NCBI GenBank assembly: GCA_964252035.1
Contig: OZ176209.1
DNA length: 64,000 nt
Direction: 5' to 3' (one strand)
DNA from: Podarcis erhardii
Lineage: Eukaryota
Numbering within the stretch: position 1 is the stretch's first letter; each line of letters opens with the position of its first letter. A program made the position numbers and the translations under genes. The notes under the pieces are model-generated. The model saw only the letters and a program-made list of their open reading frames with translations, was not told the origin of the DNA and ran no database searches. Below are positions 52,701 to 62,829 of this stretch, piece by piece.

Positions 52701-52854
52701 GACTAAAGAGTGCTATTTCAAGTAAAAATGGGGGCAGAGAAAAGAGAGATAGAATGATAAGGTTCTGATGCAATACATGGAGGAATGCATATCATACCAG
52801 TATGACTGTTCCACTAAGGTACCTAACCCTGTCTAAAGTGTATCGTTTTCTCAC

Positions 52855-52940
52855 CTGGCTTTCCGCACAAACATCATCCAGTTACATTCATTTTCATCAG
52901 TTGTGATGATATAGAACTCCAGGACATTGTTGTGGTACAT
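52855..52940 (-). CDS. PRDM4: PRDM4 exon, PR/SET (MYHNNVLEFYIITTDENECNWMMFVRKAR)
   Basis: catcag|ATG ... GCCAG|gtgaga; 86 nt; contains the NWMxFV PR motif. Confidence 0.96.
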
Positions 52941-53341
52941 CTGATGAGAGAAAAGTAAGACAGACGTGCCAGTTGAAATGTTTGGAAAATCTCTCCACAG
53001 AGACTGTCGCTGCAGCAGCATGGAGGAAATATTACAGCCAGGACTTTCCTGCAGCAAATTTCTTAAGTGCTGGAAACAGTCTAAAAAGATGGGGTAAACT
53101 AAGCATGAAGACATCATCCTATGGACCATCCTTTATTAGAAAATAGCTTCATTTCTAGAAGCACATTCTCCCTCCCACCCCGATTTCCAAGACGCCATGA
53201 TCTGAACCTTTGTAAGGCACTATGTGCTAGAGCTCCCTGACAGGGCTTCAGTTCACAAGGATGAAAGGAAAGAAGGACGAGGCAGCTATAAAGCCCATGG
53301 TGGTAAACTCAATTTTGCCTGCTGTGCAGACAAGCCTTAAA

Positions 53342-53478
53342 CAGGTGTAGGGAACTTTTGGCCCTCCAGATGTTGCTGTACTAGAATTCCCTAGTCCCTA
53401 GTCATTGGCCATGCTTGCTGGGACTGATGGGAGTTGTAGTTCAGCAACATTCGGAGAGCCAAAAGCTCCACACACCTT
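53342..53478. mobile_element. Degenerate copy of the ~137-bp hAT MITE
   Basis: caggtgtagggaacttttggccctccagatg ... gagccaaaagctccacacacc. Confidence 0.7.
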
Positions 53479-53746
53479 TCTTAAGAGAACATTATATTTC
53501 TTAAGAGAAGCATTATAGCTGGGGAAAAGGAAGGCAAGTCTCTCAAGCACTTTTTCAAATCTGAAAATGGAGTATTATACATACAGATACCACTTAATTC
53601 AGGATAACTTGCCACTTTTCTCACCATACCCAATGTCATGTTGCCATTTTTTGTGCATGTGCGCAAAAGAAGACAAGGCAAACCCAAGTTGTCTTTTTTG
53701 CACAAGGTTCAATAATGAAGAGGAGGACATGACAACACAAACTGAC

Positions 53747-53865
53747 CTTCCAAATGTGATTGGCAGCTTTGTCTGTCCAATCTGCTACTTCCATGGAGTG
53801 GCTCTGCTGCCCAATGAGGGGTCCAAAGCAAGTGCGTACAGGAATAGTTTCTCTAGCCAACACAC
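53747..53865 (-). CDS. PRDM4: PRDM4 exon, PR/SET (VLARETIPVRTCFGPLIGQQSHSMEVADWTDKAANHIWK)
   Basis: tggcag|GT ... AAG|gtcagt; 119 nt; FGP motif. Confidence 0.95.
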
Positions 53866-55635
53866 CTGCCAACAGGTTTAAAAACAACAATCCACTGATT
53901 ACACCTAACAAATTCCAATACCACCACTGCAAAGATGTAATGTTGTATAGCACTCAGAGGACTACTGCTAAGCATCAGCCCATGAAAGCATCTACAAAAT
54001 GAGATAGTCACAGGAACAACTACTATCACATAACACTCTTGGGAGTACGCTCAACTGTTAATCACTGCATCAATCTATTTTTCTTCTAATATCAAATCAT
54101 TTACTTTCAGTCGAGTTGTGAAAGTGAGGTCCTGACCTCCTGCGCTCATTTAAGTTTTCAAGGCACTTCCTGCAAAAATAGAAAATGTTTATTTCAGAAA
54201 CTGCAGAAGCAGCTAGGAATATAGCAAGCATCTCAGGTTGCCAATTCTTTGCACAGTTAGAATAACTAGGTTCTCCATAATCTCCCCAGTTACTCCACTA
54301 AACATCTCTGTCCAGGCTGTTAATTCTCACTCCAAGAGAGTGATGCCTTAAGGCAGAGGGCTTTCAACAAAGGGGTTCCAAATGTACTGCTGTAGGAGAG
54401 AGAGAGGTCATACTATCAGTTCAAGAAGACAAACCCACCAGACCTGGATGGTGTGGCACATAAATTGAATGTAAGCTCTTAGAAGATACCCCAAGATCTC
54501 CTGAAAGCCATAAGAGACATACAAGGGTTCTGTAACAAGTTAGTCATTGCAGAAAGTGTCTCCTGAAGATATAAAGTCTGAAAGTCATTGGCCTGAAGGC
54601 TTTCAAGCCCTTTATGAACATTGCAGCAACAATGTCATGGCAGTTTTAGACTCAAGCATCACTCCTCCCACTGACTTATCTTTGAGTTTAATTAAACCCT
54701 TGCAAAACAGAGAAGATTAGGCCAAATAAAAGTTGCTACTTTAGCAGATCTGGAGCTGCGTTTTCAAAAGCACAAGTAACTATAATGTCACAGGGCTTAA
54801 ATGAAACATGTAAAGACATGGATACAAATACAACCAATAAGTTTCTATGAATGCCCAGGCCTAATTCCACTAACTGACTGAGTCAGAGTTTCATTGCCAA
54901 AGTTTATCTAGTGGCCATACCCAAGGAGGAAGATCCAAGACATGTTGATAACTGACAATACTGCCCACCTGAAGAGAAAAGGTGACAATCTCTATTAGTG
55001 TAAACTAATGTACCTTTGCAGACATAAAAAATACGCTACAGAGAATACTACCTATTAAGAATCTTGCATTGAGTGGGAGTGAAATGACTCTTGATCTTCT
55101 AATTATCAACCCCTGCCTCCAGATCAACTACCTTCCTTAAGGAGCTGTGAGGCACTAAAATTTCATAGGGCTATATAACAGTTGCTGCAGCTAGGTTAAC
55201 TGTTCTACATAAGAAAATGCAAACATGGTGGGGAAGCAGATGTTGTTAGACCCCAACTCCCATCAGCCCCAGCCAGCATGGTCAAGAGTCACAGTTGATG
55301 GTAATCCAGCAACATCTCAAGGGCCAGTGTAGCCACCCCTGATCTCGGCAACAAGTCTCGACAATGTTATTGCTTTCCTCATTAATCACTTAATAATGAG
55401 AACTGGCACAATATAAAAATACCTCCCACCATTCTCTGACCACAAAACAGATATTCTTGTCTTGTACACCCATTTACAAATGAACTGCCCAGACCCAATT
55501 TCTTTCCAAATGCCACCTTTTAATTATCTTGTTTTCCACTATTACCAGATGAGGTTTTATTCACTTGGGATTTCCTTTTCTCTCCCCAGCCAACCATACC
55601 CCACCGCATAAAAATCTAGTTAACGGTATCCTTAC

Positions 55636-55785
55636 CAACTTCGGCTCCCATGAGAGACTGGCGGATGACAAGCTGTTTCGGGAGAGAAAGCCTGGCTCGG
55701 CTCTCGATTGGGGTGTCTGAAACAAAGGTCACAGGCCCGTGATCTGGACAATCAGATGGGTAGGCCTTGTCACAGAGTGTGCACC
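55636..55785 (-). CDS. PRDM4: PRDM4 exon, zinc knuckle and PR start (CTLCDKAYPSDCPDHGPVTFVSDTPIESRARLSLPKQLVIRQSLMGAEV)
   Basis: ctgcag|GG ... GTTG|gtaagg; 150 nt. Confidence 0.96.
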
Positions 55786-57029
55786 CTGCAGTTGAGGGAG
55801 GACACAGAACATTGGGGATATTGTTACTGTAGCAAGTCAGGCAAGATGAGGGTGTCACAAATACAAAAAGTCGTTACAAATAGTTAACGCAAAGAGCCTG
55901 CAGTCTTCTTTTTCTAATCCTGCACATTTGTAAATACAGTAATGACTTGCCCAGCTCTTTGTGGAAATTAAAAATTGCCTTCAAGTGACCAGGGCAAAAA
56001 ATATTGCAGAAGTTGGGTTTGCTCCATTTTTAATTTATTTAGTTGAGGGAGGAAATACACATCATTAACATACTGTAGGTCTGCATGGACAAGACCAATT
56101 TACACTAAATTAAAATGTGATGGAAAGACAGGTTCTTTATTCTGAGTAGCAGGTGGAGGTGAATTATTCCTATGTGCAGCAGGGATGGGGAAACACATGG
56201 AAGGGTGCTTACAAATAGACATAGTTTTAGTTAGAGGAAAGCCTGTTGTGGGAACATAGCCACTTAAAAGTCAAGACACACCAACTTGATCAAGTTTTTC
56301 TTCCAGTTTCTAGCCCAACAGCACTAACTGGCAAAAGGGTCCACCAAACAGGAAACCACCTTGTACCTTTCTTTGGGCAGAGCAGATTTTCAAGGGACCT
56401 ACTTCTATTGTCTTCTATTCTGTTTCGATTTTAACTTTGCAAGATAATATTGCAACCTGCCCTGGGCCATTATGGTGAAGTGTGGCTAAGAATGTCTCCA
56501 AATAAACATAAATAAGTGCTAAAAAGGGAAACAGGGCTGGTGTTCTTTTTTTAATAATGAAGATAACAAAACACCAAACAAACATGTAAGCAGGGAAAAC
56601 ACTTGGGACAATTAGAAAGCAGGGGGAGGGGCAAAGAACAATTGAGCTGCATTCACTTTAGAGCCTGTATGTATAGACGTGAAGGAATGAACAGTGACAG
56701 TGGGACAACCCACACCCACTCCTGTGTCTAGGTATGTCTGTATGCACTATGAGCTGAAAAAACTTGTTGTTTTTTGTAATCTGGAAGGGAGAAATCAACT
56801 GGGCTGACAAAAAAGGAAAAAATGCACACCAAAGTGTTGGTTTCTTTAAATGACAGTTCTGTACAATGTAAGATTTAGCCCAGTTTTCCCCAACTTCTGT
56901 TAGATTTATTTTATGGTTCAGCTGGACTCTGCCACCAGAAGTAAATACGTTTACTGCAAGAAACGTTCTACCTTGCAATGCAAAAAAATACCTAGAGACT
57001 GAGGCAAGCATACACTGACAAGCACTCAC

Positions 57030-57818
57030 ATATGGTAAACAAGGTAGCCATGTTCTCCTTGTTTGAATTGGAGTCCTCCATCTGCAGCGATGACGGCACA
57101 AAGGAAAGGTTGTCCGGGGAGACATCCACATGAGTTTGTCCCATGGCTACTTCCTGGCTTATGGAAGTCACAGGCTCCAAACTGAGACCCACTTCATGTA
57201 AGGAGACAGATTCCAGGGATGTGAGGTTGTGTGAGGTAGAAAGTGCCACACTCACAGAATTGCTGCTCATGGCCACCGCATGAATGGAGTCGCCAAGCGT
57301 CCTGTCAGATAGACCACTGACACGGCCTGCAATGTGGTCAGGCTCCATAACAACAGGAAGCTCCAAGCTGCTACCATGAATAGGGAGGACGCCATTATGA
57401 CCTACAGTGTCCGTGGCTAAGCTGCTACCCACAGCATCCACAGCTAGAGGCTCATGACTATGGCTTCCATTTGCAATCTGTGAATGATCCCCAGCCACAT
57501 CACCCATTGTAAGTTCCTCAGCCATCCTGTCAGTAGAGATTGGGCTGGTAACCCTCGGAACACTTTCCATGGAGATTGTGGTATCCAGAGCTACCTCATG
57601 GGTGTCGCTGGGATGCAAGCTTTGGGTGCTGTGTGTGTTCACTGAGCGGGAATCCATGGAGACAATGCCTGGTTCGAGACCCACCGTTCCATTGGGCTGG
57701 TAGGGATCTAGGCCTGAAGGGTTGTTGGAGACAGATAAAGCTGGATTACTATCAACATTTATATTGTTGGGGTGGATGTACTGAGGTGGAGGTCTGTCAG
57801 CTAAATAAGATAAAAGAC
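57030..57818 (-). CDS. PRDM4: PRDM4 large exon (LLSYLADRPPPQYIHP...KENMATLFTI)
   Basis: cttcag|GT ... ATAT|gtgagt; 789 nt; core of track ORF 56992..57909. Confidence 0.96.
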
Positions 57819-58632
57819 CTGAAGAAGAGGAGAAAAGAAAAAGAGAGGGGAGAAAAAGAGAAGAGAAAGTGAGAAGAGTATCAGTTTGCAATAAAAAGTC
57901 AAGTTTCAAGTGGCTGAACCTAACAGCAATCTATATATACAAATAAAAATCCAACAGTTCTAGATCTCTAATAGCCAACATGGTGAATTCCAGATGTTTT
58001 GGACTTCAAACCCATCATCCCTGATCACTTGGCAGCATCTGCTGGGGCCCAATGGGAGTGTAGTCGAAACATGTGGAGGGCGCCATGTTGTCTACTCCTG
58101 TTCTAGAGGCTGTTGCTCTTTGAAGCCACCCTGAACTCCTTTGGGATGAAGGGCAATATATAAATTTAATAAATAAAAACCCCAAATCATGAAAAAGTTC
58201 AGACTCACAAACAGCAATTCTATGAAGTTCCAAGATTTCTCAAGCCATGAGAAAAAGAAAGCAAGACATATGACTACAATTCTGTGAAAAGCCTGCTTCT
58301 GTAAATGACTAATGGTTAAACATTTTTTTAAAAATGGGAGAGACTTACCAAGTTTTTTTTTTATATATATAAATATTTATTAAAGTTTTTAAATATAAAT
58401 GCACACATAATAAACGATCTTACTTCTATCACAACAATTTCATCACTTCTTTGGACTCCCTCACCAAGTTTTTAACCCTTTCCCTGAAATATATATCCTG
58501 CTATCTAACCCACAGGGGCTTTCAGGGCCAACATTATTACTCATTCCCCCTGCAAGAGGTTCTCCCATAAACCTTCCTGCTGAATAAAGACTTCAATCTC
58601 AACACATGTCTCCATCCAGCCGCAGTACTCAC

Positions 58633-58809
58633 CAGGTAGAATGTGTCTGAAGTAGCTGCTCTCCAGGTGAGGGTATGGCGGTGGAGGTAGGGTATAGTTT
58701 CTCTCTGGTATTCCACACATCACTCCCCGATCCCCAATGCCCATTGGAAGCATCAGGGACAAAGCAGAGGGTAAGGAGGGCCCCAAATTTGGAATTGCAA
58801 CTGGTAATC
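58633..58809 (-). CDS. PRDM4: PRDM4 exon ([58 protein letters not shown])
   Basis: tgctag|GA ... CCTG|gtgagt; 177 nt. Confidence 0.96.
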
Positions 58810-59268
58810 CTAGCAGAAACAAAATGCAAATTAAAATGCAATTATACTGCCAATAAATTAAGAAGAAGCATTGGGGGCGGGGTTAAAATGAGGAGGATCA
58901 TTGAAAGTATTGGTTTCTAACCACAATGGGGGAAATGCTGTTCTTGGGAGTTGCTTCACAGCAGAACTCTGCACTGTGGGTGGTCATTGTATTTTTGGTA
59001 ACATTTCAAAAATGCTCATATAACTGAAAGTATGTGGAATTGCCACCAGGATCCCCAGATGCCAAGCTTTGGTGGCAGGAGCACCATAATATGAGACAAA
59101 GGACCAAAGTAAGAGCAATTTCTGCTGAATAGAGGAATGCAGGCCTCCAACCTTTCCTAGGCCTGGTAAGCTACACAACTTCCCCTAGTCTAAACAGCAC
59201 AAAGATATACATAACACAAAAAAGAGGTGTGTGTCGTGTCCCCCCCCCCCCTTAGCTTGCTATGTTAC

Positions 59269-59402
59269 CTGGTGCTGGTATGGCATTGTGTGTTGGTGAG
59301 GAAGCCAACCCTAAGTGGCTTCCCGAGACAGTCAGGGCATTGCTCACAGAGGAAGCCGTCAGCTGCTCCATCCCTACAGGGTTCAGGCTCATTTCATTCA
59401 TC
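59269..59402 (-). CDS. PRDM4: PRDM4 first clearly coding exon ([44 protein letters not shown])
   Basis: gtctag|G ATG AAT ... CCAG|gtaaca; 134 nt. A few extra N-terminal residues may come from an upstream exon (mammals have MHHR, recalled). Confidence 0.93.
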
Positions 59403-59420
59403 CTAGACAAAAGAAAACGT

Positions 59421-59583
59421 TACAGATAGGTAGCCGTGTTGGTCTGCCATAGTCAAAACAAAACAAATTCCTTCCAGTAGCACCTTAAAGACCAACTAAG
59501 TCAGTTCTTGGTATGAGCTTTCGTGTGCATGCACACTTCTTCAGAAGAAGTGTACTGACTTAGTTGGTCTTTAAGGTGCTACT
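59421..59583. mobile_element. Penelope-like (PLE) pseudo-LTR fragment in inverted-repeat form; 12-bp TSD AAAAGAAAACGT; minimal hammerhead core on -
   Basis: Begins ggtagccgtgttggtc...gcaccttaaagaccaactaag, typical of reptile PLE ends (recalled); arms inverted around 59545; TSD at 59409-59420 and 59584-59595. Confidence 0.8.
59511..59544 (-). ncRNA. Minimal hammerhead ribozyme core with the stem I 5' strand missing
   Basis: CTGAAGA A GTGTGC AT GCACAC GAAA GC TC ATAC; core and 6-bp stem II are perfect. Confidence 0.65.
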
Positions 59584-60247
59584 AAAAGAAAACGTGTAAC
59601 ATATGCAGATAAAATTCCAGCCAAGCAAGTTTTCAGACCTGCTCCTTATCTTGCCCAAAGTTTTCCACTTAATATACATACATTCACTGATGCAAACAGT
59701 ACACTACATAGTTAGGCAACAATGTGTTATGTTCTCAAGGGGCTTACAAACCATTCCCAACAGAGATTAGATCAGAGATGAGGAACTGTTGGGTGCCCCC
59801 AGATGCTGTTGGGTCCTGGCATGTGTCCAGTGATCATGGATGATGAGAACTCAAATCACACAGCAACTGGTTCCTATCCCTGGATCAGGTCAAGCCTCAG
59901 CATGTCATTTATTGATTGTGTTCTTCAATGGTAAAAGATTCCGAATTATTAATATTTTGATTTCTTCTCTAGACTTTTACAATATGTGTTTTTGCACATT
60001 TTGACAGGATAAATCAAGGGACATATATCAGGTCTACAGAAAAAAAAACTTATTTATGCAGAACATTTCTGTGTACAGCACAATGCAACTCAAAAACTTA
60101 AGAGAAGCCTTGCTAGATCAGACCAAAGATTAATCTAGTCCAACATATTTTCCATGGTGGTCATCCACATGCCTATGAGAAGCTCACAAGTTCAATTATT
60201 GTAATTTATTTAAAAGAATTTTCAGCCATCTAAAATCATCATCAATA

Positions 60248-60473
60248 CAGTGGTATCTCGGGTTACATACGCTTCAGGTTACAGACTCCGCTAATCCAGA
60301 AATAATATCTCAGGTTAAGAACTTTGCTTCAGGACGAGAACAGAAATCGGGCGGTGGCGGCATGGTGGCAGCGGGAGGCCCCATTAGCTAAAGTGGTGCT
60401 TCAGGTTAAGAACAGTTTCAGCTTAAGAACGGACCTCCGGAACAAATTAAGTACTTAATCTGAGGTACCACTG
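60248..60473 (+). mobile_element. Tc1/mariner (Tigger-like) MITE, 226 bp, TA TSD
   Basis: ta|cagtggtatctcgggtt ... tgaggtaccactg|ta. Confidence 0.85.
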
Positions 60474-60505
60474 TATTGGCAGCATACAATTGCCATTGGA
60501 TGTAC

Positions 60506-60800
60506 GGGGGGTTTTGCATAATCAATGTTGTATGTGTAGCAGGACCTAGAAATCACATTTAATATTGGGTGCCTGTCCAGTGATGTCCTTCTGTGGGCAG
60601 AAGGCACTTTGATCCAATGAAGGCTTCTCTCAGCAGAATGGGAAAGGAGGCCATCTTCACCAATTCACCTTCCTCCCCTCCAGCTTCTTGCTGCTCCAAG
60701 ATTTTCTCAATCCTCTGGACCAGATTCCATTTTTTCCTCTTTCCCCCCAATTCCCCTCCCCCTTCACACCATTTTTGGCCATTTCTTTTTTTTCTGTGCA
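60506..60800 (-). other. Putative PRDM4 5'UTR exon containing a uORF (60559-60654); boundaries uncertain
   Basis: The sequence agaaggacatcactggacaggcacccaatattaaatgtgatttct resembles my recollection of the mammalian PRDM4 5'UTR. It is TE-free and sits 1.1 kb upstream of the first coding exon. A possible donor CC|gtacat would add an in-frame MQNPP. Confidence 0.45.
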
Positions 60801-61303
60801 CACCATTTTTGCATCACAAAAAAGCCAAACGTGTATGTTAAATAAGCGCAAGTTGCAAGTTATCTGTATCTGCATGGACAGCTTTTTGCTACATATTAGA
60901 AAGTGCAACAATTCTATCACTGAATGATAGAATAGTAGGGGAGTTAGCTTAACAAGGTGTAGATACTGATTAAGCTAAATTAATAACACTAGCAGTATCG
61001 TCCTTTTGTATTTACACAGAAGTCCTTGTGGGTTCATTTGGGACCTTTGCCTAGTTAAGTGTGCTTAGGTCTATGGCATTTATTTGGAATATTTATGAAC
61101 TGCTTAATATTACAAAATACCATAGTGGTGTACAATAATAAAACAATAAAAACGTAACAAGTAAGAACAGTTATAAAAAGAAATTAGATACTACCCACAA
61201 TTCAACTCCTTCTCCTGGGAAAGCCAGTAAAAATTAAGTTTATGGCATTTGAGAAGTATGGAGCCCAGGTGTATAACACACGTAATGGCCCAATATTCTT
61301 TTA

Positions 61304-61526
61304 CAGTGGTACCTCGGGTTAAGAACTTAATTCGTTCTGGAGGTCCGTTCTTAACCTGAAACTGTTCTTAACCTGAGGTACCACTTTAGCTTATTGGGGC
61401 TCCCACTGCCGCCACGCCGCTGGGCGATTTCTGTTCTCATCCTGAAGCAAAGTTCTTAGCCCAAGGTACTACTTCTGGGTTAGCGGAGTCTGTAACCTGA
61501 AGCGTCTGTAACCCGAGGTACCGCTG
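61304..61526 (-). mobile_element. Same Tigger-like MITE family, opposite orientation, TA TSD
   Basis: ta|cagtggtacctcgggtt ... cgaggtaccgctg|ta; interior is the reverse complement of 60248-60473. Confidence 0.85.
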
Positions 61527-61661
61527 TACAGGTTTTGAAGAAATGAAGCATATGAGAATTTTACTGTTCAACAAACAAAAGTAACTGTGCAGCGCAAAAA
61601 GGAAAAGACATCTTTACTTTTTCTCCTTTTCATCCTTTATTACCTGAACACATCAGAAACA

Positions 61662-61887
61662 GGTAGGTGGCCGTGTTGGTTTGCTGTAGTTGAAACAAAA
61701 CAAAAAAAATCCTTCCAGTAGCACCTTAGAGACCAACTAAGTTTGTTATTGGTATGAGCTTATGTGTGCATGCACACTTCTTCAGTATCTGAAGTATCTG
61801 AAGAAGTGTGTATGCACAAGAAAGCTCATACCAATAACAAACTTAGTTGGTCTCTAAGGTGCTACTGGAAGGATTTTTTTTGTTTCA
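61662..61887. mobile_element. Penelope-like pseudo-LTR fragment, inverted repeat; 12-bp TSD ACATCAGAAACA; hammerhead motifs in both arms
   Basis: Same family as 59421; arms of about 100 bp; TSD at 61650-61661 and 61888-61899. Confidence 0.82.
61794..61831 (+). ncRNA. Minimal type I hammerhead ribozyme motif (PLE type)
   Basis: GTAT-CTGAAGA-A-stem II-GAAA-GC-TC/ATAC: conserved core, stem I GTAT/ATAC, palindromic AGCT in place of stem III; mismatch at the base of stem II. Confidence 0.7.
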
Positions 61888-62701
61888 ACATCAGAAACAA
61901 TGTTCTATCAATTGTTAACACAAAGTGAGTTTACAAGACAAAACGATTACAAAATTGGCCCTCATTTTAAGCTGATTAATCAGCTAATTAAAGTTTTCAA
62001 CTTTAATTATTACCTAACTAGACATACACACTTTATTATTTTCCTTCTTCCATCTCTTTGCTCATGTAACTGAATATTTAACTCTGTTACAAATGCTCAG
62101 TCACTCAAGACATTACACAGAGAAGCACTCTAGTTGCTTAGAAAACTGAGGTAATTTTAATCTGTTTTAGTATTTTAACTTCTCTGTGTTTTAAAGTATG
62201 GTTGCAATTTTTTCTCAGTGTTATTGTCTTGTAAACCGCTTTGTGTGTTTTTTAGAAGCAACTGGTGTAGAAATTTTAAGAAATGATTTTTTAAAAAGAG
62301 AACAGAAGCAAGGAACCCCCTCAAGACAAATATTTACCTTTCCTTTGAATGCTGTCAGACAATTCTGACAAATAATTAAATACTTCTTACTGTTTCCTAC
62401 ACAGTTTTCTCCAGTTTGCTCTAAAACTCCCTGCATCTGCATAATCTCTGTAATAATCTTGAAAAGAAAACAATGCTCTTCACTTGCCTTCACAAAAACA
62501 TGAAGATGTATCACATCCATCCACAGCTCTTCAAAACTGCTGATATGGACAAGGATCAATGACTTAACAGTATCCACAAAGTATCCACTTTTTTGTGTCC
62601 TTAAGGTCATAGTTTGCATCACCAACATACTGTATGTCTTTAATGAACTTTTTGTTTCCAGTGTTGAACTGTTTCTTGTGAAAGTTGTAAACTGCTCTAA
62701 G

Positions 62702-62829
62702 CAATGCTTTTTTCAGGGGGTACTCAAGGGTACACAGTACCCTTTTTGTTGTTGTTAAAAAACTGTGGCACTTAATGTAACAACTTCATGGTGAGTACCG
62801 GCACCTATTTTCTAGGGGAAAAAACACTG
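62702..62829. mobile_element. hAT MITE, 128 bp, perfect 8-bp TSD GCTCTAAG; a related truncated copy starts at 62881
   Basis: caatgcttttttc ... gaaaaaacactg; TSD at 62694-62701 and 62830-62837. Confidence 0.85.

Larger units (their letters stand above)
47893..59402 (-). other. PRDM4: PRDM4 (PR/SET domain zinc-finger protein 4), 10 coding exons; 792 aa from the ATG at 59401
   Basis: GT-AG introns with continuous phase. Translation gives the recalled PRDM4 N-terminus ([14 protein letters not shown]), zinc knuckle (CTLCDKAYPSDCPDHGP), PR/SET domain and C2H2 array with TGQKNY/TGEKNL linkers. Confidence 0.96.

Noticed and set aside
56992-57909. 305-aa ORF as a standalone gene
   Set aside because: It is the 789-nt PRDM4 exon extended by open intronic flanks, including the polypyrimidine tract.
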